Shown here in pieces: positions 23,454 through 35,490 of a DNA stretch of 36,438 bases (positions within the stretch are counted from its first letter, which is position 1; each line of letters opens with the position of its first letter). Where the stretch lies: NCBI GenBank assembly GCA_051453625.1, contig JBOZIK010000001.1:48614853-48651290 (forward strand). Reading direction: 5' to 3'. This DNA is from Welwitschia mirabilis. Lineage: Eukaryota. A program made the position numbers and the translations under genes. The notes below the pieces were generated by a model, which saw only the letters and a list, made by a program, of their open reading frames with translations, did no database searches and was not told the DNA's origin.

Positions 23454-24645
23454 TCATTTTGGATTATAGGGCATGTTTCTTGAGAGTATTCTATCATTTT
23501 TGGGAGAATGAGAAGTGGATTCCTGATCCTCAATAAGGCCTTCTACTCTATCTATGTATTCTACCCCTTCATCATTTGAAGGTAACTTCATAGCATTAAA
23601 GAAGTTTAGCTCTATAGTCATGTTGCCAAATGAAATTTTCATTAATTCATTCCTATAATTGATCAAGGTATTGGAGGTTGCTAATAATGGTCTTCCTAAT
23701 ATGATGAACATTGTTTGGTTTGATATATCTTTATGTCAAAGACCATAAAATCTACTAGGAAGTAACAACCATCCACTCTAACTATGACATTGTAGATTAC
23801 TCTTAATGGGGTTTTAACAAAATTATCTACTAATTATAGTTGGAGTTTTTTGTTTTTGAGTTCTTTCAAGCCTAACTTCTTATAGGTTTTATAAGGCAGT
23901 AAGTTTACACTAGCTCATAAATCCAACAAGGCATGGTTGAGAGTTTTGTTACCTATGATAATGGTAATTATGGAACATCCAAGGTCTTTATACTTTGGTG
24001 GGAATTTCTTTTGGGAATCACACTCATTTGTTGAGCTTAAAAGACTTTACATTTAATGTTCATTAGCCTTTTTATAGTACATAAGTCCTTAAGGAATTTT
24101 GCATAGGAGGGGATCTATTTGATGGATTTTGAAATGGGAACATTTATTTTAACTTATTTAAAAATTTCTAGGGTTTTTGATTGTTTTTAATTATGTTTTA
24201 CTTCCCAAGCTGTTGGGAAAAAGGTAATGGTTCTTTAGAAATAGGTAATGGATCTTTGTTTTTATCCTTTTCCCTCTTTGCTATGGATTTTTGTTTATCC
24301 TTAGGCTTATTTTGTGTGGGTGGATTTTCTAGCTCTTTTCCACTCTTAAGGTATATAGACTTGGTCTCTTCTAGGTGTTTTATCCCTTTTATAAATCTAA
24401 CTCCTTTTTGGTTTGGTTGAGCGCTCATGGGGAGTTTCCCTATTTCTCTTTAATTTATTGATAAAAGAATGTGGTTAGTGATTTGGAGTTGGTTTATTGT
24501 CTATGTAAGCCTCTATTTAAGCCTTTGATTTGTTTGTTCTTGTCTTTGATTTTCTTGCATTTGTGTTTCATGAAATTTTTGAAAGTATCCTCCAACGAGT
24601 TAGACAAAATGATTTGATGGTTTGAAGATGAAGGGTAAGAATTAG
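23454..24645 (-). pseudogene. gag: Gag C-terminal part and aspartic protease of element A, decayed
   Basis: SNSLEDTFKNFM; ORF 24198..24428 has PNQKG...KSIYLKSGKEL; PPKYKDLGCSIITIIIG...ALLDL*ASVNLLPY; ORF 23454..23711 has IILGRPLLATSNTLINYRNELMKISFGNMTIELNFFN. Confidence 0.9.
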
Positions 24646-25203
24646 AAGACCTAAACGAAATAAAACAAAGGCATAAATAAAATGTTTTATTTCATTGCAA
24701 GTCAAAATAGATTTGTTAATCATGGATAAAAATTTTATAGTGTTAAGATCACAATGAAATAAAACAAAGGCATAAATAAAATCAAGCGAAATCATGAGAA
24801 AAATTTTAGAAGTTTTAAGGATTTACAAATGCAGTAAAATAAAGTAGATATGATGGACAATGATGTGAGTAAAAATGCAAAAAACATAGTAGAAAAGAAA
24901 AGCTTGTAATGCAATTGTAAAGTTCAATTAGAAAATTTTAAGTTTTCTTAACTCCAAAGAAACCTATAACAAATGTTAGACCTATAGAAAATAAGTTAGA
25001 AAATCAAAAACAAATCAAAAGAAAAAGGACCAATTTAGGATAACACTGGAAGGACCAATACCAACCATTGAAAAGTACAAAAAAGAAAAGTAAAAAGGAT
25101 CAATTAGATATCACTAGAATAAGGACCAATACCCACCATTGGGAAAATAAGAACTTGCAAAAACAAAAAACTATTACTCCTCTGAGCTGTTACTATACTA
25201 TTA

Positions 25204-25222
25204 TCCCTGACAATGGTACCAA
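25204..25222 (-). promoter_or_regulatory. PBS of A, tRNA-Asp type (degenerate)
   Basis: Minus strand ttggtaccattgtcaggga resembles TTGGCGCCGTTGCCGGGGA and lies next to the LTR end at 25227. Confidence 0.85.
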
Positions 25223-25226
25223 AATC

Positions 25227-26448
25227 TAATTAAGTCTGTAGTATAATGTTTAGATTTATAACTAGGTTAAAGACTTAGTTATCATCCTTCCTCAGGGATA
25301 GCATTAGGTATTGGCTATAATTAAACAAACTTTAATATTAATGCAAGATACAAAAAGGAAAGAAAAGAGAAGAAGAGATGAAATAATTCTTAGAGTTTGA
25401 ACTTTGTTTGAGAGAGGAGGAAATCAAACTAGCTCCTAGGTATCACTGATTTGTCCAAAGTAGTCCTTCACTCTAATGTTGTTCAATTGTTTTTTGGTAA
25501 AATAATCAAAAACCATTAAGTGCTTTTGGTCCAATTCATGGGGCATAATCTCATCCATCATATGATAAATAATGAATCCAACTAATACCTAAGTCTTAAA
25601 TAATAATAGAAAGTAAGGAATCTTAAAGTACTTAAGATCTATGAAATTAAAAGACTAAGTGATAAAGAGAAATTCATATAACTAAATTAAGATAGTTAAA
25701 AAAGTTAACTAAGCATCCTAATTATGATATTACTCATGAATCAAGATCAAAGAAAAGCAACTTTTGTATTACAGAAAGAATAACTTTATAGAAAAGAAAG
25801 AAAGAAGTAGGAAAAACTCTTCAAGCAATTCTTAAAAACTAGCTTACTCCCCCAAAGAGTCGCCTAGAAATCCATCACAAGTTAATGCTCCAAAGTCTCT
25901 AATTTCTCCAAGGCAAAGGTGAATATAATAAAGAGTTCAAGGTCCTTTGATAAGGAGAGATTTAGGATGAGGTTGGTTACATTCTTAGCTTATAGCATTA
26001 GGTAGAATCTTCATAATTTAGCATTAAGTAGATAAGATTCTATCTTATAGCATTAGGTAGATCAGATTCTATCCTCTAGCATTAGGTAGAATCTTTATTA
26101 TTTAGCATTTAATGGAGGTTGTCTTATTGCATTTGGTGGATATCATTACATAGCTCCAATGCCACCTCCACATGCCTCTACCACATGTCTTCAAATGCTT
26201 TTGCTATGTGTCAGCACCTCATATCTCCATTGCCATTGTGATTTTATGTGGAATTATTTCCATCTTTCACCAAGTATTCCAAAATATGGCTAAATATCTG
26301 TAATTATTATGAAGAAAATTATAATATTAATTTATTTTAAAAACAATAGAAGACATATTTTATGATTAAAACCATTAAATTAATGTCTTCATTTAAAATA
26401 AATTAGCCTAAAACACTTGATATAAATATCATTTTTCATATGTTAACA
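25227..26448 (-). repeat. 5' LTR of element A (~1.2 kb)
   Basis: Colinear with 9932-11149. Ends TGTTAACA followed by the TSD ATGTT. Confidence 0.92.
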
Positions 26449-26940
26449 ATGTTATTTTATAAAGAATTTAGTACTACATTACTAATGAGTGTCTATAGCC
26501 CCAATGTAGTTGAATATGTCATAAGTAGATAATTAGAATTACATTTCTAGTGAGTGACCATGGCTCATATGTAGTTAACAAACCTAATTAAGTGATCAAA
26601 ATTAAATGTGCTTTTGGGGTAAAGATATATATATATATATATATTGTTCTTTTCATATTCATTTTTTTGCATATAAGAGTGGTCATCAGCTCGTTAGCCT
26701 AATTAAGAAATATCTTTTCCCCATAAAAATGTTTGAAAATAAAGAATATAATATAAGGATAAATTTCATCTTTTTCATCCATATTTTTCAAAATTGAAGG
26801 CCTTAAGTAAACATGACTTTAACAATCATACTCGAAATGAGAATAAGGTTTTCTCAAAAATCATAAGTATACTTAATAATAACTATGCCTTGAAATGATA
26901 GTAAGAACATAAATTTATGATTTAATGGAAGGAGTGGATA
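26449..26940 (-). mobile_element. 3' non-coding region of host element H, right part
   Basis: Continues the alignment to 19993-20480 exactly where 9931 stops (ctacattactaatgagtgtctatagccccaatgtagttgaa). Confidence 0.8.
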
Positions 26941-27240
26941 ATAGTATTTAAGGTGACAATCATTGACTTTGAATTCTTAGCGATTTTTAAGATTTTCAAT
27001 GAGAAATACACTATTCAATAGTACCTATTTTATTGTGTATAAACCTTTCCTTTTAAAAACTAGCTTACCTGAAAACAAATGTAGTCTTGAATTGTAAAGT
27101 AAAACTAGTTCTCCTTCCTGAAATGGTTTTTTTTTTTTTAAGGATATTTTAATCATGCAATTTCTTCATCCTTTCCTTGTTAATCTTTACATTCTCATAA
27201 GCATTTCTAATAACATATAAATCATTAAGTTGAATAGCTA
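26940..27240 (-). pseudogene. pol: Integrase C-terminal fragment of host element H
   Basis: IQLNDLYVIRNAYENVKINKERMKKLHD*NIL, then after a frameshift FQEGELVLLYNSRLHLFSGKL...EFKVNDCHLKYY. Confidence 0.88.
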
Positions 27241-28559
27241 ATAACACACAAAAGTTAACATTTACATCAAGGAATTTAGGCCTTTCTAGCATTCTGAATT
27301 AATTATTATGATACTTTTATACATCTATTATGCTTAAGGCCATGGAAATCTAGTTTCAATAATAATCTGCCTTAACACTATCATTTTATAGGATATTTAC
27401 ATCATCTAGAGTACTGCGGTAGAAGAATAAGTTGTACTAAGCATTATTGGTAGTGGCACTAATTCTAGGAATGCTAACATCGGCTACTATGCATAAAATG
27501 GATCCATACTTAGTTCCAAATTTTTCTTAAAATAAGAAATTAATTCAGGGCAATTCCAAAAGCATAAGAGGAGCATAAAATGTTTTTTAAGAATAACCCC
27601 TTAAATTGGCCCCATGCCTAAAGGATGACCTCATACACTTTGGGCATTCTAAAAAGTAACCCCATTAGGTCTTAGAAATGTGAATTGAAAACCCTATTGC
27701 ATTTAAATATTGTACTTCACTTCACTTGAAGTCATTTATCACTTGATATATTATATAAGAGATTATTTGAGCTTTAGTCATGTGTTCTTTCTAATCCTTT
27801 TATTAGGTATGAGCTAGATTCCAAAGTAGTATGATGCTTCATGAATTAGCATGAGTACTTTTCATAGATTATAAACTTTTACAATTCTAGTACTAAAGTA
27901 TTACATGTTTTTTTTCTTAGTGCATTACTTTCATATCAAGTTATGATAGGTCTCATACTTGTTATGCTTAGGATTGGCTAAGGCTTGTTACCACTTTAAA
28001 ATCATTTAGTGATTCTCCTTTTTACCCTAGCTTACATAACTTAAATCTTTATTTGATAGATCTTGGGAGACCTTTACTTTTCATACTTATAATATTCTTG
28101 TTTTGAAGGCTAGAGGGCTTAGAAACATTACTGTCGTATCTATAGTGGATGAGATTATGCCACTGTACTTGAGCCAGAGTAGAAGCTACATGGATTCACT
28201 TATAAAACTTATGGGTTTCTTGAATTTATTATGATAGTATTGATGCTCTAGTCCATTCTTAAATATCTTATACATTTTTAATCTCTCATAGTCATTAACA
28301 TTGTGCTTGCTTTATTAAAAACTCATAACATCAATCTCTGTGGAAGAATGACATTAGGATTATGCTACAAATGGAAGTCATAGTATTTTTGATAAAAGTT
28401 GGATTTAGCCATGTAAAATTTCTATTGTTAGGGTGATCTTGCCATTTATCATACATTAATAACTAATATAAGCATAGCCAGATTTCATCATAAATAGCAA
28501 TTGGCATCTTTACCTGAGATAATGGCATAGTAGCTGTAGTGGAGCACATACAAAATTTG

Positions 28560-31500
28560 CATTTCTATATTGCTTTTTGGTTTTTTTCTTTTTTATTTTT
28601 CTTTCAAATTAGTCCACTTTTACTCTTTTATTTTCTCCTCCTACCCCCTTTTTTCACTAGTGGATTAGTGTTAATTATGCCTAGCATTTTAATTGATGGA
28701 ACCTGATCTAGTGACTTTTTTTCTTTTTATTTTTTATCTTTTTTTAATTTCTTTCCTGTTTATCTCTTTATTTCTTTTTTTTTCCTTATAAAATATTATC
28801 TAAAATAGNNNNNNNNNNCATTAAGAAAAACAATAAAAAGGTTCTTTGTTCTATGCATCTTCTCTCTCTACTATCTCTTCTCTCTTCTCTTCCCTCATCT
28901 AGCTTAGGTAACTTCTTTAATAGGTACTTGAAAATAATTTTGAAGAAAGTCATCATCAATAAAAATCTCAAGAAAGTGCTTTATATCATACATTTTTCAT
29001 TCATGAAATTTTATGTCTTGCATTAGACTATATTCTAGTTTTTTATTTTTGCATTAGCCCTTTCCATTATCAACATTCAGTCCTTATCTACCAATTAGCT
29101 GTAATGACCTATTACCCTAAACTATCATTTACTCTAAGAGCTACATTTTCATACTTAACTAAATCTATTTTATATCAATTCACTAATGTCACAATCTTCC
29201 TTCACTGACACCGTAGACTTGCATCAAAATTCCTTCATCTTTATTGAATCTTACATTTATGTCATCTTGAATATTTTCATGTATCATGTGTATCCAAAAA
29301 TGTAACTTTTCTTAACTGTTTTTTTACATTTCATGATTTGGGAATGAACACTTGATAGTAGATTATATTGAATCCCTATCAATTCTAAAATGGAGTGAAA
29401 ACATAAAAGCCATTCACAAGAGAGACCCCAAAAAAGTCAAAATAACTCTAGAAGTAACTTCAACTTCAACTAACCTAGATAAATCTTGAAAGAATATCTT
29501 AAACCATAATGTCTACTTACACCCTTTTGTATTGTCCAACATTCTAATGCTAATAGAATTCACTTTAATCTAGCAATGATGCAACTTATTCCACATTTTC
29601 ATGGTTTAGAGTTTAAGGATCATTACTTTCATCTTAAGGAATTTGAGTATGTACCCTCTACAGTCCATCAAAGACTCGATATATCTAATGTACTTAAATT
29701 GACTTTATTTCTTTTTCCCTTAAAGAGAAGGTAAGATCTAAGTTATACATCTGAAAACCTAGTTCTATCACTACTTGGACTAAGCTTAATCAAGCTTTCT
29801 TTAGAAAGTTCTTCATTAATCATAAGACCAATGCTATTAGATGTGACATCATGAACTTTTAATTAAAGTATAGTGAAGCCTTTTCCTATACCTTAAAAAT
29901 ATTTAAGGATATATTTGTTTAATGTGCACAACATAGTTTTGAGTAAGTAGGAGTCATAAGTTTCTTTTATAAAGGACTTTCATCTTAACCATAGGTAACT
30001 TGTGAAGATGATATGTAGAGGTATATTTCTAGACCTAGAAATTAACGAAGCTTAGGATTTTCTTGAGATTATAGCTGAGAGTTCAAAGAATTAGGAGAAA
30101 CCTAATAAGCTAACATGATCACAACAACTAGTTAGGTCCACTAGTATCTTCAAAATACCTAATAATAATGAAGTTAACCAAAAGTTGGAATAACTTTCTA
30201 AAAAGATTAAAGCTCTTAATACAAATAATAATCTTATGACTCCACCACTTTTTCGTAATATTTATCTTATGAATACTCATGGAACTTCTAATTATCTATC
30301 CATCCCTATGTTTCAAGGCGTAGTGAAAGAATAAATCAATGCTATGAAATAATAATAGTAAAAGCAAAGAGCAAATAATCCTTATTCCAATACTTACAAC
30401 TTTAAATGTAGAAACCACCTACATTGTTCATGTGAATAAGATAATACTAGCCAAGACTTAACTAGTTAACTTAAGATTTTAAATCCTTTGTCAACTTCCA
30501 ACTCTTTAAATGCTATATTTCATATATTCATGAAATCTTAGCATCATATTAATACCTTGCAATAATAATTTAACTAATAAACCTATTCCATGGTGTAAAA
30601 TTTAGAGCAAGGTATGTAATAACTAAGCTAAACTACTGTATATATTCTTACATCACTCAATCAGCATAAGAAGTATAAGCTTCTTACTACACACGAGCCT
30701 AACCCGGGTAGCTGAAGTTGATGGAAGATTCATAAATTAAGAAAACCAAGGTTATCCATTTAAGAAGTGGGAAAGAGATCAACAAAGAGGTAGAAAAGAA
30801 ATAGATCAAAGAAGAAGAAGTACAACAAAGTGAGCCTCAAAGTGAGAAAAAGATAGAGAAGAAATATGGAGTAAAAAAAGTTATTCCAACCTTTAAAGAA
30901 CCCCCAACTTTCCTTAATAACTTAATAAAAATAAATTAGCTAAAAAGTAATAAAAAGCGCTATAAATTTTTAAGGAAGTAAGATTAAGATCCCTCTTTTA
31001 GAAGCTACCAGGAAAGTACTTTTCTATGCTAAATTCTTGAAATATCTTTGTGTTTTTGAAACAAGGATGAATGTAAAAAGTAAAGCCTATCTTACTCAAA
31101 GAACTACTATCACCATTTAAAACTAATCCCTATAATATATAGAGATTCAAGTTGCCCTACCATAGCCATTAAAATCAGGAACACAAACTTCTAACAAACC
31201 TTGTTAGATCTTAAAGTTAGTGTAAACATTTTACCTTATAGTAGCTATAAAGAACTTGAACTAAATGATTTTAAAAATACCTAGGTCCAATTATAATTTA
31301 CTAATAACTCTTTAAAAACACCTTGAGCATAGTAGAGGATTTGATTGTTTAAGTAAAAAATTGCTACTTTCCTATGGACTTTGTAGTTTTGAACATGAAA
31401 AAGATTAGAAGTTATACCATTTCAATCATCTTTAGAAGACATTTTCTTATTACTTCTAATCCTCTTATTGAGTGAAGAAACGGTCTTATGAATATTTCAT

Positions 31501-33914
31501 TTGGTAATATGATCATTGAGTTAAATATCTTTAATACATGAAGTAACCTAAAGATTTCAAAGGAGTAGAGTTTATTGAAAGTGTTGATGAAGATCTTGAT
31601 CTTTCTTCCTATGAGAAAAACATTTATCTTCTTTCTTTGTCTTCTTTGAACTATGATTACATGTNNNNNNNNNNNNNNNNNNNNNNNNNNNNNNNNNNNN
31701 NNNNNNNNNNNNNNNNNNNNNNNNNNNNNNNNNNNNNNNNNNNNNNNNNNNNNNNNNNNNNNNNNNNNNNNNNNNNNNNNNNNNNNNNNNNNNNNNNNNN
31801 NNNNNNNNNNNNNNNNNNNNNNNNNNNNNNNNNNNNNNNNNNNNNNNNNNNNNNNNNNNNNNNNNNNNNNNNNNNNNNNNNNNNNNNNNNNNNNNNNNNN
31901 NNNNNNNNNNNNNNNNNNNNNNNNNNNNNNNNNNNNNNNNNNNNNNNNNNNNNNNNNNNNNNNNNNNNNNNNNNNNNNNNNNNNNNNNNNNNNNNNNNNN
32001 NNNNNNNNNNNNNNNNNNNNNNNNNNNNNNNNNNNNNNNNNNNNNNNNNNNNNNNNNNNNNNNNNNNNNNNNNNNNNNNNNNNNNNNNNNNNNNNNNNNN
32101 NNNNNNNNNNNNNNNNNNNNNNNNNNNNNNNNNNNNNNNNNNNNNNNNNNNNNNNNNNNNNNNNNNNNNNNNNNNNNNNNNNNNNNNNNNNNNNNNNNNN
32201 NNNNNNNNNNNNNNNNNNNNNNNNNNNNNNNNNNNNNNNNNNNNNNNNNNNNNNNNNNNNNNNNNNNNNNNNNNNNNNNNNNNNNNNNNNNNNNNNNNNN
32301 NNNNNNNNNNNNNNNNNNNNNNNNNNNNNNNNNNNNNNNNNNNNNNNNNNNNNNNNNNNNNNNNNNNNNNNNNNNNNNNNNNNNNNNNNNNNNNNNNNNN
32401 NNNNNNNNNNNNNNNNNNNNNNNNNNNNNNNNNNNTTGGTTAATTCAGAGAAAAGAATAGGATAGTCCTCTTATGATCTAAAATGTTTGAACCCTAATAA
32501 GTATTCTCCCCATGCCTATTTTTAGTTTTCTAACTCATGTATGAAGTTTTATCATGAAAAACTTACTAGGCCTAATTTATCACTTAATCATTCATCCTAA
32601 GTTTTAAAACCCTAATCCTTCAAATTTTTCCTCTTCATCTATAGTTGAACACTTTCTTATGATCTCAACTAGGTTTTATTAAATGAATTTAAATTGGATT
32701 TGCTTACTCTATCCTTTAGAATGTTTGGATTAAGCTATGGAAAGTACAAATATGTTAAGGATGCTCCTTTAATACAAAACCCTTATCATAATCATTTATC
32801 TATTCATACTTTAGCCATTTTCACTCATTTAAATTACCTCCATAGAATCCTTCATCTTTCACATTTCATCCACCCCTTTCATCATCTTATAAGCTTACGA
32901 GACTTAATGATTCTGGATAATGGTCTTTTCTTTAATCCATGAATAAAGAGATCTTTATATTTTTAAAGTTTGGTTAAGATTTTATAGGTTTTTACTTTGT
33001 CATTAACTAGTTCTTTGAATTTTTAAGTTCTTTGTTAAAACTTCCATGCATTAGAGATATCCAATTTGGAATCAAGGAAAAAGATGAATTTTCTTATTTT
33101 GTGGTGTTTCTTTGTTTTAAAGAATTCATAAGGATGAGATTATTTTTCTATTCGACTAACAAGTAAATGATCCCCTTTCATGTGCTATGAATATTTAAAA
33201 ATAACAATAATAATAAGAGTAAAACAAATTAAGAGAAATCTTAAAGCTCTTTTAGCACATTTGTTTATGATCATTTCTATTCGATTTAGTTAACTAAATT
33301 AGGGCGATGGATGTCTACTAGTAATGTAGCTCTAATGATTCATTTGTAACGCATTCAACTACATTAGGGCTATAGATGCTCACTAGTAATGCAGCAGTCA
33401 ATCCTTCTTGTACAACATGTTAAATTAGTTGAAAGCAAGTATTAGAACACTTAATGCTTAATATGATCAAATTCTTGAAATTTGGTTGCCAATGGAAGAG
33501 GAAGGAAAAGGAATGAAATTAATGTAAAATTGGAAAAATATTTTATTTACTTGTTTTAATAAATTAAACTTGAGCTTTTGGGCTACTTGTGGATTTGCAA
33601 AAATTTAGTAGCTAATATTTCTCTTTGTCTTAGTAAAGAATCCACCAAAAATTTTATAAATAAAATAAGACCATTAGATTTCATTTCATCATGTCTCATT
33701 TATTTATAAAATGCATGGTAGGATTTATCGTCTCATTCATCCATTTCATCTCATTTCCATAACATTCATTTTTATCATTCATTTCAAAGTTATATCCTTT
33801 TGTTTTTCTTCCTATGAGAAAGAACATTAAGAAATTCATTGTGCTTTTGAGTGATTTTTGTAATTTAATCTTTCCATGTATGTCTAGATCTAATGTAAAT
33901 TTAACTTGGACCAT
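28560..33914 (+). mobile_element. Athila-like element D, internal region (no 5' LTR seen; 3' region interrupted by C)
   Basis: T-rich leader, then gag-PR, a 771-N gap, and a 3' region homologous to the reverse complement of A 19430-20300 (e.g. gtaatgtagctctaatgatt...ttcaactacattagggctata). Confidence 0.8.
29390..31664 (+). pseudogene. gag: Gag and aspartic protease of element D, decayed
   Basis: MMQLIPHFHGLEFKDHYFHLKEFE; LFLFSLKEK; PSSITTWTKLNQAFLRKFF; NPYSNTYN; VIHLRSGKEI; LLDLKVSVNILPYS at 31201; YFPMDFVVLNM; RNGLMNISFGNMIIELNIFN. Confidence 0.92.
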
Positions 33915-35035
33915 TGATGTGTTACCAAATTATGTGTATTTGATGGGGTATTATAGGCTATTTTAAAGGATATTTATACAAGTTTAGATGCAATTTTGAG
34001 GATTATGGAGAATTAATGGAAGATCTAAAAAATGTGAAATTATTGGCATGATTAAAGGCATTTAAGGTACATTCTAATGCATATGGATTTGGAGAAAGAT
34101 CATTGATGAAAAATGAAGACTTCATTTCAGTTAAAAAGACAAAGAGAACTTTAGTCAAGTTTGTCATCCCCACGACAGCAAGGATGACAACATTGTAGAT
34201 GCTACATGGGAATGCTGACCTAGACTAAAGTTGGAATTACTAAATCATCCTTTCTAAAGGGGTGTCATCCCCATGGTCGTTCCTACGACATGTAGGATAA
34301 CCACTGTAACTTTTAATCCATCATCCCCTTAGTCATTTCCAAGACAGCCAGGATGATACTTGTAGTTGCTAGCTGACCTTGATCTATTTCATCCATTTCT
34401 TTTCTGTAATTGAGCATCTTTTGTAGTGCCTTTTATGTGTTGGTTTTGTTTCTTAACCCTATAAATAAGACCCCCTTCGACTCTCCTCTTTATCTTCATT
34501 CGCACTAATCATTATTATGATAGGAGATCGAAGGGCTAGAGATCCATCTCGTGAGTTGTAGAAAGACATTTTCTTAGTGAAGGGCTATGCATCCTTCATT
34601 AAGGATTGGTTGTTTTGTAACCCATATGCTAGTTCTATTTTAATACAAAACTTAATTTGATTTATGCATTCAATTCTGTTAGATTTTCCTTATGGTTTAT
34701 GTTGTCCTTGATCTAGTGATAGTTTCATTGATGGTATAAGTCTTAAATGTAGTCTTTATTAAGGATAAAAAAAGTAGTTTAGATTTATTTTGCATAGCAT
34801 TTAGATTTAGTTATATTCGCATTTACATCTCATCTTTATTTCTTACATTATTCTTCAATTTCGGTAATGATATTCTTTGTGAAAATTAATTCTCATTCTT
34901 CTCTCATAAGTCTTCGATAAGATATGACATTTAGGTTACTCCCATTTATACTAGAGTACATATTTTACAATCTAGACATTTTGGTTAACAGGATTTAGAG
35001 TAAGACGTGAAGTTACAAAAATATGCATCACAACA
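33915..35035 (+). repeat. 5' LTR of element C (~1.1 kb)
   Basis: TGATGTG...CACAACA, colinear with 12328-13379 but more diverged. Confidence 0.88.
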
Positions 35036-35037
35036 TC

Positions 35038-35056
35038 TTGATGCCATTATAGGGGA
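35038..35056 (+). promoter_or_regulatory. PBS of C, tRNA-Asp type (degenerate)
   Basis: ttgatgccattatagggga lies 2 nt after the LTR end. Confidence 0.75.
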
Positions 35057-35159
35057 AGGCTATTAAGGAACATGAAAATGTGGTTATTTGGGTGAGTAAA
35101 TCAAATTTTTGTTTGATTATTTATCTTTAGTGACATTGTATTTTTAATTAAGAATTGTA

Positions 35160-35278
35160 GGTTTTTGATTTTTGTTTTTTAGTTTTTCAGTTTTCGATTT
35201 TTTTGATTTTCAGTTTTCTGTTTTCAGTTTTTCGATTTTTGGTTTTTTCAATTTTTGATTTTTTCATTTTTAGATTTC
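35160..35278 (+). repeat. Degenerate 7-8-bp tandem repeat (TTTTCAG/TTTTCGA) in the C leader
   Basis: tttttcagttttcgatttttttgattttcagttttctgttttcagtttttcgattttt. Confidence 0.8.
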
Positions 35279-35490
35279 ATATTATAGTTTTCTATTAGTT
35301 TTCATCATCTTCTATGTCATCCACACAACTAGAAGGATAACAAATTGTACTTTTGGCTTTCGGCTTTTGCTCTACTAAATTTCTATTTTCTACTTTTTGT
35401 ATTCGTCGTCCCCTATGTCATCCCCATGATAATTAGGATGGCTATTACTTATTTCTATTTTATTTTCTATTGTTTTTTATTTGTTGTGAT

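Larger units (their letters stand above)
9932..26448 (-). mobile_element. Athila-like LTR retrotransposon A, bounded by two LTRs and a 5-bp TSD, with nested element B
   Basis: LTRs at 9932-11149 and 25227-26448; ATGTT at 9927-9931 and 26449-26453; tRNA-Asp PBS; gag-PR-RT-RH-INT order on the minus strand. Confidence 0.92.

Noticed and set aside
31637-32465. Two ~270-aa ORFs in the track
   Set aside because: They consist almost entirely of N.
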